Source of the DNA: Euglena gracilis
Lineage: Eukaryota
NCBI GenBank assembly: GCA_039621445.1
Contig: CP154954.1
Span: 21,278,954-21,342,953 of the forward strand
Direction of reading: 5' to 3'
DNA: 64,000 nt
The first letter of the stretch is position 1. The number at the start of each line of letters is the position of its first letter. Below, piece after piece: positions 31,299 to 42,554 of this stretch. The position numbers were made by a program, and so were the translations under genes. Under the pieces are notes generated by a model. The model saw only the letters and a list, made by a program, of their open reading frames with translations. It was not told the origin of the DNA and did not search any database.

Positions 31299-34200
31299 AA
31301 TGTTTCATGATTCTGGGCCATGGCCCCCAGAGACCCCATCTTTTTGGCCGTGGGGTGTTTGCCTGCCGACCACTGGGCCGGGTTCGACCTGAGGGTGTGC
31401 CTCCTTTGGCCCCCGAAGCTTCCGGTCCACCCCCCGTCGCCCACTGGTCTGGGCCATCACGGCATTCACGTCAAACCCGGGCGAGGGGGCCACCCACCCA
31501 CCCCCCTGGGCCAAGGCCTCCGGGGGACAAGCTGGTGCAGGACCAGGACTGGACCCGGGTGACGGCGATGTACAACCACATCGCCCTCATCTTCGAGCGG
31601 GACCGGGAGCGGAGCACGAGCGTGGGCCGCTGGGGTGTGCCCGATGTGCGACGGAGCGGCGCGAATTTGTTTTTGCCCAGGCAGTGTCGGAGGTGCAACA
31701 CAGGGGGTCCAACTGAGGGCACAAGACAAACATTAACTCAACCGAGTTCTTGTGACCCAGATTTTCAGCAATAAACTCCAAGAATAATTGTGTGGGATTT
31801 GAAATTTCGGCAATGTTCATAGCCGAAATGAAATTTGCCTTGGGATCCTACCACACTTCACCAATCGTCTCAACAAGAATTTCGGAGTTAAAAAGTGCAT
31901 TGCCCATGGATTTGGCAGCCATGTTGGTTTTGGTTTAAATCTGGTGCTTTTGGTGCTTCCATCTGATCGGCTGCCGCAGGAACCCACCCGACGTTCATGC
32001 AGCTGCTGTTGAAGCTCTGGGAGAGGTATGTTGCTGGTTTCTCACTTGTCCTTCCAGTCGGCAATTTATGGGTCGATGCCCACCCATGTTTTTTGCCTTG
32101 ACTGGCCATTTGGGTCGTTGCAGTGCCGTTGATTCTGCTCGCTTTTCGTTCTTGCGACGTTATTTGCCCCTGGAATTCTGTTCGATTCTGTGCCCTCTGG
32201 GATGGCGGAATTGGTTGATTTGGCGACGCTTATGATCACCCCAAAGCTCCCTTCCAGACCCGAGTTATCCAGCCAGCCAGCAAGGCTCTAAACTGGATGA
32301 ATTTGCCAATCCCCCCAACTTTCAACACTGCCATTTCGCCAAGGTGAGTTCTTGGTTCCAAAATATGCCGAGGTGAGTGTTTGGGTTGAAAAAAAATAGG
32401 TTGCAAAAGTATCTCGAAAACTTACCCCCAAATGGAGGTGTTTCGTAAAGCAGGGATCCAATCGCTCGCAATTTTTCTCCCGCAAATGGGGTTGTGCTCA
32501 AGGTGATAATCCGCGGTTATCATTCCCTATCTGACCCAGGGGGGTCGAGCGCCAGGAGGGCGTCCTCCTTTTTCCGCGTGGTGAGGTTTCTCTTACCATA
32601 AAGAGATGAGAAAAGCGCGGCAAAGACCCCCTAAAAGTGTCTTAATCTCCCCAAGCATCCAGAGGGAAATGTGTTTCCATTGTTTTCGCATTTTTGTGCA
32701 TTTTTTGTGCATTTTTCGAACTTTCCAAAAAAATGTTCATTTCTGCGCATTTATCGATTTTTTTTGCAACTTTTTTTCGATTTCTTTCAGCGCATTTTTT
32801 TTGCCATTTTGGCACATTTTTTTGTGATTTACCCAGTATTTCGCATTTTTCACCATTTTATAATTTTTTTCGATATTTTTTGAAACTGATATTTTCTTTA
32901 TAATTCCATATAATTCCCGTAAATTTGGTGCCATTTTTTGCATGTTTTGGGGTAGTTTTGCATGTTTTTTTTCCAGATTTTGCAAATTTTGTATATTTTT
33001 TGCGCTTTTTTTGCACACTTTGCACTTTTTTTTTTTGCGGGGCTGGACTAGCGCATCCACCTCCCCCCCCCCCCTGAACCAGGGGTTTTTTTTAGTCGTG
33101 GACCCCCAGGGGGAGGGGTCCGGCCGAGCCCCCCCCCCCCCCCGGGGGGTCCCCCGGAGGGGGGTGGGATATACTTTTCGGCGCCAAAGGCGCCGAAAAA
33201 GTGCTATTTTAGCACTTTTCGCGATTTTTCGGCCATTTTTTGTGGGTCCCCTGGGGGGGGGCCCCCCAGGGGGTGGGTGGGTGGGGGGGACCCCCCTCCC
33301 CCCCCCCGGTCTTAAAAAAACCCCTGCCCTGAACGTCCTGATTTTTTGAATTTTCGGGAAAATTTGCCATTTTTAAGTGTTCAAACGATGTATCCTAAAT
33401 TTTGAGACATATTATTTTCACAGTGCACGATCCTGGTTTTGGCGGCTTATTTTGGACCCTCCCACCAGAAAAAATTTTGGGCCAAAATTTTCAGCGAAAA
33501 TCCCAAAAGGGTGACCCTCCTTGTGATTTTCAGCAACTGACCCAAAAGGTCTATTTTCGGGGTGGGGTTTACAGGAGATCCCACAGGTTGCTTTTTTTCC
33601 CTTCTGAAGATGGGCGTTTCGTTGTTGATATTGTTATTGCACAAAAGAAGGGTGCAAAGAAGAACATATTAAATGCAATGTTGTGAACCCGCGATGCTTG
33701 TTTTTTTGCTTTCTTTTCTCCCGCGCAGACTACGTTGGATGCTGGACCAAGGGGTCCTCACCCCCGAGTGCAAGCAAGCCAGTCGTCGGCTGTTCGACGC
33801 GGTGTGCTCCGCAACCCAGACCGAAAGGAACGCCCCGAGCGTGCGAGGCACTTTTGTGTTTATCCAGAGGAAGAAAGGGTCGAAGCCAGTGCAGCGCCTC
33901 CGCCAGACGGGACCCCAGCCAGTCCAGCCAGCTAGTTGCGTTTTTCAAGCCCTGGACGCCCTCCCTTTCCCACAGACATATTTCACCAGGCACCATCCAG
34001 CCGCCCTAAGAACGGCTGGATGGTAACAGGTTTTCCGCTTTGGAGGGTACCTAATTGGACCAACTTTGGGTGAAAAAGGGGTAAATTTGAATGCCCAGCT
34101 CAAATTCCTGAGCTAAAAATCAATTTCTGGCATAATTTGCCGGTTTTGGGACTTCGTTTGATTTTCCCTTGCCCAGTCCGACCCGGGTTCAGCCCAGGTT

Positions 34201-37200
34201 TAACTAGGGGGACCCCACCCCGGAGGGAGGGGTCAGCCACCGCCTGTTTCCAATCAGCCCGAACGTTCTGGCTTCTGACCTCCCCCCGGGGTTGTCAAGC
34301 GACGCCCTAGTCGAAACTTCTTCTTTACATGGTCGGAAGAATGAAAATTGATTGTAGGAAGGATTTATGAAAGCATTTTTTTTGTGAATTGGTGATGGAG
34401 ATTTGCGCAGGATATTGCTGATGGCAGAAAAGCAACACCCAAAGCGATACCGTCCTTGAAGGTGCAAAAGCACCGGAATCGGTGAAAAAAGTCCTTTGGG
34501 AATTTGTTTTGAAACCGCAGTTCCAGTCCCAACATGCTAATCCAGGTTTCCTTGGTGGTCGTTGTCTTATTTTTGGGTGGTCTCTTTCCGAGGGATATTG
34601 GATCAGGGGTTTTTTTTCTTAGTCGTAGACCCCCCGGGGGGAGGGGGGGGTAGGGTGGTCTGGCCGAGCGTCCCTCCAGGGGGACGAAGGCGCCGAAAAT
34701 TTTTGAAAAAGGTGCTATTTTTGGCATTCTCGCAATTTTTGGCCATTTTCGGGGAAATTGAGTGGGTCCCCTGGGACCCCCCCCCTGGGGCCCCCAGGGG
34801 GTGGGTGGGTGGGAGGACCCCCCCTCCCCCCGGTCTTGAAAAAAACCCTGGATTGGATTCAAGCATTGTGGATTCAAGAATTGTGGGCCTGCGTTATTTA
34901 TTATTATTTTGAGCCGATGGAGTACCTCTCAACCCCCCCTCCCCAGGTCAACCTGGAGCTGACGTTCAAGCAGACCAGCAAGATCCCTAAGTGGGGCAGC
35001 CTGGCACAGCACGGAGATTGCAGCCGGTTTTAAGGAAGTCCGCACCTTGAGAGGGTGAGTGCTTTGGGGGGCAGTGGGCACCCCCGGGGGTCGGGTTTTG
35101 GGATGAGTGGGGAACACACCTTTCGGTGCCAAAGGCACTGGGGCCCAAAAAATGGCCATTTTCAAGAAAAATTGTGCTTGACAGGCAGGCACCGGGACCC
35201 AAAACCGACCCCCCTTTCGGGGGTGTGCTTGCTGCGGACCTGCACCCATATGGGGTGGGTAACAAGAATCCTGAATGGGGAGATGTCAGGGCATACCAAA
35301 AAAAAAAAGACGAAACAGGCAAAAATGCCCCGAAGTCATCAAAGGATGTGTCAAACCTTATTCAGTTGCAAGCAGAATATGGATTAAGACCGGCTGGCAT
35401 AGTGGGACAAAATTTTTGAAGAAAAATATTGCTTGCCGTTTTTTTTGCTGCTTTCGACAGCTCTTGGCCCTTTTTTGCTGCTTTTGACTTCTTTTTGGGC
35501 AGGGAAAATGGGGTAAAAAATGGCCAGAAAATGGTCCAAAGGTGGCCAAAAGTTGCCGAAAGTGGGCAAAAGTCAATTGAAAAATGATAAAAATGGCCAA
35601 AAGCAATCAAAAGCAAAATGTGGCCTTCTCTGCCGTTTGGTGGCATTTTTTGGCCATTTTTGGCCAAAAATGTCCAAAACTGGCCTTAAAGTGGGCATAC
35701 GTGGGCAAAAATGGTGAGAATTGGCAAAAGCAGCTAAAAGCAAAAGCAGCAAAAGCAGCTAAAAAGGCAGACGAAAGAAGCAAAAAAGTTGGCAAAATTG
35801 GCCAAAAAGTTTGGCAAAATTGGCCTACAATGGGCAAAGGTGGACAAAAAAAAACGGCCAAGGTGGCCAAAAGTGGCCTCAAAGTGGCCAAAGAGCAGCA
35901 GAAGCACTCCAGTGGGCAAAGGTGTCCAAATTGGGCAAAAGTGGGCAAAGTTGCCCAAAAGTAACCAAAAGTGACCAAAACGCAACTAAAGCAGCCAAAA
36001 GTGGACAAAAACAGCTAATAGCAGCCAGAAGTGGGCAAAAAGTGGCGAAAGAATTTCGCTTAAAGTTGGGGTGACTGGGATTTCTATTGTCGTGACTGGG
36101 CGTTGGTTGTTTAAGCACTGGCCGACCCCCCAGGGGGGTTACTTCAGGGAGGGGCAAAATATGCACCGTGCAGTTTTTGCAGTTTTTTGCAGTTTTCACA
36201 TTTTGGGTTTTTTGCAGTTTTTTGCAGTTTTTTGCAGTTTTTTGCAGCTTTTTTTCTGAAAAAACTGCACACGTGCAGTTTTTTGCAGTTTTTTTTTGAT
36301 TTCAGTTTTGAGGAAACCTGAGGTGCTCATTTTTTGGTGCTCTGCGCCTTGTTACGCTGGATTATATTGTTTGAAGGGTGTTTCTCAAGAAAAAGTATAT
36401 CTCAAAAAATCTCTTCATGAGTTGTGTTGTCTACAGTAATCCCACCAGTTGTCTTGCCCCCAACTGTTTTGCCAACTGCCTTGCCTCTCGACACAACAGA
36501 AATTGTTGTAGCCACCATTCCAAAAAAAAAACAGATTGTTTCGGTGACAACGCCACAATTTCTCCCCAACCAAAATCGCTCCATCTCCAACTTGTGCATG
36601 TGGTGACAGATGTCACGATGCTTATTTTGGCAATTGTCATTTGCACACTCCTGAGCAGATTCAACTAATTATTTTGGGATTCGGGGACTAAATCCAAAAA
36701 CTGTTTTTTTTTGTGCAAATTTTGGTTGAAGTTGGAGTTTGCGAGATTCGTGGAGACGCAAAGGAGCACGAGCTCCTGTAGAAGATTGGGCCTTGTCCCA
36801 AGCATTTTGGCCAAATATCACACAAGCCAAATGCTTCAAAGAAGTCATTCTTATTTGCAAGAAATTCCCAGACCATTTGGCAATCCCCTAAAGACAGTAT
36901 TCAAAGTTTGTGATGGTTGTTGTAGATTTTTTTTAGTTTTGTAGATTTTTTGCATCGTGACATGGGTGAAGTTCACCCGGTGATGGACCGAAAGTTCCAA
37001 AACTGAACATCCCATGCAAGAATTAAAAGCATAGAAACTTTCTGCATATGGGTATGTGCATTTTTTCCATATTTAGCTGTTTGGCACCTCCGTGGGCATG
37101 GCCGTCACAAGCTTTGGTGCAGGAAAACCAGTGTGAACCAGCATCCAAACCAAACACATGACTTGTGTTTCAATGCATGAAAACCCATGTACAGTGTACC

Positions 37201-38232
37201 TTGATTGATTGCTTTCATTTTTATTGTCATCAGCTCCAAAGCTGTGCAAAAGTTAGGTGAATTACGTTGTTTTGCATATGCACACCATTTCAGCTTGTTT
37301 ATTGTTATTTTTTGTTGATGTGCAGTTTTTTTGCAGTTTTTTGCAGTTTTTTGCAGTTTTTTGCAGTTTTTTGCAGTGCAGTTTTTGACCTGCCCGTGTG
37401 CAGTTTTTGCCCCCCCCTGGTTACTTACTGGTTTTTTCAGAGTGACTGACTGGTTTTTTCAGAGTGACTGACTGGTTTTGGCCCAACCCCCCCCCCCCCC
37501 CGGGGGTGTCAGCCAGGGGTGGGCAAAAGTGGCTTTAGTGACCCCGGCGCTTTTGACGCCGGGGAAATTTTTTGGCCTAAAATGGCCTAAAGTGACTGGA
37601 GTGGCCAGTTTTCCTGAGAGGCCGACTCCCCCCGGGGGGGAGCAGTGATTAACGGTTTCCCAAAGAAAAAGTGATTGACTGGTTTTTCGAAGAGTGGAGT
37701 GACCCCCCCGGGTCGGTAAAAAATTGTATGCTGGGCGTGACTGGGCGTGATCGGGTGTGACTGGGTCCAGGACTCTGGATGACCATAGGTGCTTGTTTCA
37801 CTCCCCCCCCAAACGCAGACTCCGAAACTCCGTGCTGCGGCGGACTTGATGGCGACGTCCACCGCCTAGCTGCGGAGCACCGGACTGTGGGATCGTCTCG
37901 CTGGGGTGCCCCCCCCCCCCCGACCACTGACCAGCCCGCTGCTCTCCGCCCCCATGCTGGACAACCTCCGACCCGGCCCCTCGACCCGCCCAGCCGTTCC
38001 CGGCCTCGACCACTGTTTTGTCCTCGCCCACTGCGTTCCGCGGAGTCCCACCCGCAGGCGCCTGGCATTCTCTGTCACCGACCGCGCCAACCCCTGCCTC
38101 CCGCTGGCTGTTCACTGTCCCAAGGTGCAGCAAGTATGGCCGTGGAACGTCTTTCTCGCCGTTATGAACCCGCAACTCAACCCCCTGCACCCGGACCCAA
38201 CCACCTGGCGTTGGTTTGTGCGCTATTTTTGA
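26824..38232 (+). CDS. Hypothetical multi-exon protein (GKKKGAKMSLGDFLG near the N-terminus)
   Basis: Coding-like exons, several AG/GT-bounded: 26824-26883, 29127-29208 (EHSVEVEEAPLSADPLLKYSSYFTNEG), ~30476-30530, ~31190-31212, ~31525-31634 (KLVQDQDWTRVTAMYNHIALIFERDRERSTSVGRW), ~32540-32585, 33729-33801 (LRWMLDQGVLTPECKQASRRLFDA), 34947-35004 (VNLELTFKQTSKIPKWGSL), 37843-~37885 (GLDGDVHRLAAEHR) and ~37935-38232. Several junction phases are unresolved. Confidence 0.5.
26941..28466. mobile_element. 1.5-kb TIR element with 24-bp perfect TIR and 7-bp TSD
   Basis: tggaatg|CAGGGGCAGGGAGATATTCCGGTC...GACCGGAATATCTCCCTGCCCCTG|tggaatg, with subterminal ACCGGAATAA repeats. Confidence 0.9.
31237..31296. 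repeat. (CA)n microsatellite
   Basis: Directly visible. Confidence 0.97.
33080..33326. mobile_element. MITE of the CAGGGGTTTTTTT family, copy 1, 8-bp TSD
   Basis: ccctgaac|CAGGGGTTTTTTTTAG...CTTAAAAAAACCCCTG|ccctgaac. Confidence 0.9.
34604..34850. mobile_element. MITE of the CAGGGGTTTTTTT family, copy 2
   Basis: TSD tattggat/gattggat (7/8); same internal sequence as copy 1. Confidence 0.85.
36145..37419. mobile_element. 1.27-kb element rich in TGCAGTTTTT repeats, 7-bp TSD, nested in another MITE (36104-37730)
   Basis: gttactt|CAGGGAGGGG...CCCCCCCTG|gttactt. The host element is flanked by ctgggcgt repeats. Confidence 0.85.
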
Positions 38233-39196
38233 TCGAACTCGAGTGGTCCCAAAGGAACTTCGCAGCGACCAACTTCGGCAAAGTCTTCTTACTTTGGAAA
38301 TATTGGAGATTGGCTGAGTGTTCTAAAATTGTGGTTTTATTGTCTCAGAGATTTAGAACTTCGTATTCCGATTCCAGGTTGAAGGCAATTAAGAAGCAAT
38401 TAACGTGTCAAGGCAGGGGGAATTATATCCTCAATTCTCCCACAATTTCCGCAATTTTCTGCAAATTTTTGGTATTTTACCCCCTTTCTGCATTTTTTAC
38501 GCGAAATTTTAAATTGAAGCAGGGAAAAATATGCAAGTCGCAAACTTTGCTTTTTTTTTCCTTATCCAAAATCTTGAAAACTTGCATAATTTGCATTTTT
38601 GCATTTTTGCATTTTTGCATTTGCATTTTTTGCATAATGGAAAATTTGTGAAAAGTCACATTTTTTTTGCATATTTTTCCTTTCCGATTTTTGGGGGCAT
38701 TTGTACAGGCAAATTTCTCCCACTTTCAGACAACTGGAAGTTGCATACCTCACGTTTTTGGACCAATTGCACATTACAAGTAGTTGTATAATGAAATATA
38801 ACTAGGTGAACCAGCCACTTCATTTTGCAAGTTTGCAACACATTTTCCTTTGGCGTTGCATTTTTGGGGCAGGTGAGACTTTTCTCTCCAGCAGTCCTCT
38901 CCAGCAGAAAAGTGCACAGCCCAGGGAATGTGCATGCAACTTGCTTTTTTTTGCATTTCTTTGCACTTTTTGAACTTTTTTGCATTTTTTGCGTTGCGTA
39001 TTCTGAGGAGCCTTGTTGCATATTCCCCAGCAAAACTCTGGGGGAAAACACAAAAAAATTGCCAAAATTGGCCGGCTTTGCCAAAATTTTGCCAATGTTG
39101 GGAGAAAACACAAACAGATGCAAAAAAGCATTTGTTTTCCTCCTTGCCTGGTGAATCATTTGTGGAATGGCCAGAACTCATTGCACCAAAATAATA

Positions 39197-39205
39197 ATAT
39201 ATATA

Positions 39206-39254
<49 letters not shown>

Positions 39255-39285
39255 ATATATATTATATATATATATATATAATATA
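39197..39285. repeat. (AT)n microsatellite
   Basis: Directly visible. Confidence 0.95.
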
Positions 39286-40805
39286 ATAATTTCGATTTTA
39301 TTATATTCGAAATTATTTCTAAGTCGCATTCGGGCTTGATTCTTCCTGAGACTTTTTGTCCAATTTTTTTGTCATTTTTTTTAACAAAATACCCAAAGTT
39401 ACATAAAGAACAAAGTTGCATGTTTTTGGACTATTTTGCTTTTGGAAAGAAATGTGAATGACAGCACACACCGTTGCAAAATAATCAAGCAGGCGAAATT
39501 TTTCCAAGTCCTTCCAGCTGAAATGTGTACATTCCAAATAAATTTTTCCCCACAATTTTCCCACAATTTTTTTCCCTAGGGCGTCCGATATCACCCCCCC
39601 CCCTCAGTCAAGATTTTGGTAGGGTCGATGTCAGCTGATGAAGATTCTTTTGGAAAAAGGAAAATTTTGGCAAAAAAAAGGGAAAAAATTCTATTCCTTT
39701 TTTTTGCCAAAATTTTGCCAGAAAAACGGGAATGGACAGTGGGGGTACCGACCCCCCCCCCACCAAGAACACAGCAAACCATGGGTTCCCCGGGGATCCC
39801 ATTCAGCCTTATTCGGCCGATCAACACTAATCTTTTCCCCCCTCAAACTCTACGGATTGGTTTGCACATTCACCGCCGATCCTGATTTCTTCCTCAGGTG
39901 TTGTATTCCCCCCCAAGGCTTTCTGGCCCAGAAAAGGAAGACAACGTTGGGAAGGACATGGGGGGGGGGGTCTTCCCGTGCCGACGTCTTTCCGGTCAGG
40001 GTTTGCGGTGGCGGCGACCCGCGATGCTGGCGGAGCGATGCCTGAGACCGCCGCTGCGCTGAGCCCACCCCGCCATGCTTGCCGCAACCCCCGCATTGCG
40101 TCCCCCTCTCTGCCCAGGGGTCGGCGTGTGCCCGTACTTTGCCCGTTTCCTTTAAACCTTCGAGTCCTGCGAACATTTGAGTGGTGAAGTGAGTCCTCGT
40201 CTAGCTCGTGCGTTTCCACCAATAACAGGAAAGAAAACACGGGTATTTCAAAATCGTCCTCGCAAAAGCAATCAAACTGAGTCCCAAGAGCGTCCGATTT
40301 GCAATGATCGCCAACAGAACAAGGAAAACATAACTGCGGGAATTGTTTGTTGCTTTTTTGTGAAGCTTTGAGGCCGACAATTGGGATCAGAATAAGCACC
40401 TCCTCCCCACTTCCGAAACACCCAGTCCCGAATACCCATCCAACAGCAAACATTCGGCTAATAGTGTCTCATGCTACTGCGGCACGGGGTTGCTATTTGT
40501 CGTATTTAGGTGATATTTGGGTGGTCCAGTTGTCGTGACCGATTCCTGGTCCCCTCCAGGAACACACCTTTCGCGGGCCCTTCCCCAGCGTTGCCGCCCT
40601 GGCGCTTCCCACTGCCGCTGCCCATCCTTGGTGTGCCTGCCGCTGGCTTTGGCCGGAGTGCACTCTGTTCTGAGGGTGCCCTTCTGTTGCGTAAAGATCT
40701 GTGGCATGGGGATGGCCTGCTTTCACGTCCCCAAATGTGCTGTTGTGCTGTTTGAAGACACCATTTCTGCTCAGGAGGCGATTTCATAACCCGCAGCCTC
40801 CCTCC

Positions 40806-41047
40806 CAGGGGTTTTTTTTTTAGTCTTGGACCCCCTCCCCCCGGGGGTGGGGGCTGGTGGGTATCTTTTTCGGCACCGAAGGCGCCAAAAATTTTGGAAA
40901 AGGTGCTATTTTTGGCATTTTTGACCATTTTCGGGCAAAAGTGGGAGGGTCCCCCGAAACCCCCCGGGGGGCCCCACCCCAGGGGGTGGGTGGGTGGGTG
41001 CCGACCCCCTCCCCCCCTCTCCCCCGGTCTTAAAAAAAAAACCCCTG
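40806..41047. mobile_element. MITE of the CAGGGGTTTTTTT family, copy 3, 8-bp TSD
   Basis: ctccctcc|CAGGGG...CCCCTG|ctccctcc. Confidence 0.9.
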
Positions 41048-41875
41048 CTCCCTCCTTTAACCTTTGCTGCTATTGATGTCGCCGCTTTCTTGCTGGTCGC
41101 CTGCTTCTTGATGTTCGCGAGATGGCTCTTTCCCCGCCGTCGGGTGTGGGCGTCCAACACAACCACAACCATCATCCAATTGGTGCATACACTGCCTTAT
41201 GAAAGACGGTGATCGGGATTACTCAACGTGTTTCTCTCTCAACCTGTGATCTCTTGGGGGGGGGTTTGGATCTGATATGCCCCACCAAGCATCCCAGAAT
41301 TCTAGATATCATTTACCGGATTGTCTGTTCAGGTGCTGCCTTTGATCACTCAACCCGTTGAAGGAGTCCCCAGCGCTGACATACAGTTTGCAGTATTTCA
41401 GGTCCTTTTTGTTGCCAATGTCAGGCAAGCTTGGCCAACCAATGTTGGAGGGGTTGCTGCTATCCGTTCAGGGTTGGTTGATTCCAGTTTCACCTTTGCC
41501 GCCATCACCAATGACCAAGACCCCAAAGCAGAGCAGATGCCCGTGGGTCCAATGCATAACACATTCAACCCACTATCTGTCCCAAACCAGTATCTGTCCT
41601 TAAATTTGCCACACGCATCTGAGAAGCCTGTGGCTCTCACTCGGTCCAATGCGGTTGCACAGACGGTTTGCACGGTTCTGTGGCCGCAACGTGTGCCGCA
41701 TTCGATATGCACTGTTTCTGTCTCGTTCGGGTGTCCAACCGTTTCATTTCATTCTTTGAGATATTGTTCTGCCTTAAAAAATCTCCTGGCCGCACCCCCT
41801 GGGGCTGTTGTAAGCAGGTGGGGGGGGGGGGCATTTTCACCAGCCCCCAGAGGTCGGGCCTTGGGGAGGCTGCGG

Positions 41876-42350
41876 CTAGGTTCGATATTAGGAGGGTGTG
41901 CGGAGTTCAGGTGGAGGGATGTCCTCCCTCCTCCTGAAACCATAGGGGTTACCCCGCTTGGCAGGGGGTCTGGACCAACCCGGGGTGAGGACCCCCAAGT
42001 CTGTTTGGGAATCCCTGAAACCCCATGGGAGGCGGGTGCCCCTCCACCAGGCCTTCCCGTATTTTCCGGGGTGCCGATTTTTAGGTCAACGTTTTCATTC
42101 GACAACAAAGGCGCCGAAGGGATTTTTCCTTGCGCAGGTGCTGTGTTGGGGGGTGCCACAGGGGGGGGGGGCAGGTCGACCACCCCCCCACCAGGCCTTC
42201 CCATACAGCCCAACCAAAAAGGTCAAATTTTTCTTTCCGGCACTTCATGCCGAAAACATTTGGGAATTTCGACATTTTTTTATGCCTGCTCCTGGCCCTC
42301 TTGGACCAGGGGCGGGGGGTTCGACCCCCACCTGCTCTTATCGAACCCTG
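41876..42350. mobile_element. MITE related to the CAGGGTTyGATATAAGG family
   Basis: TSD ggctgcgg/ggctgcag (7/8); right end TATCGAACCCTG. Confidence 0.7.
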
Positions 42351-42554
42351 GGCTGCAGACAGAAGCCAGCCATCTCCGAATGGCGGCGCTGTGCCTGAGG
42401 GGTGGGCAGTTTTGCTGGCGCAGGAAACTGAGTGGTCCGGGGGTCCAGTGGTCCTCTCGGCTTGGGTTGACCCAGGCAAGTTTCTCTTGAAGACAGACGC
42501 CAATTTTTGGACATCCGGCGCTGTCCTGTACCCCACCCGTCCCCCACCCTTCAG

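Noticed and set aside
35400-36050. K/Q/G-rich ORFs in GGCAAAA/GGCCAAAA repeats
   Set aside because: Degenerate short tandem repeat inside an intron, with a similar tract at ~3060-3200.
41321-42490. 389-aa ORF
   Set aside because: It runs through a MITE (41876-42350) and low-complexity GC tracts, with no recognisable domain.
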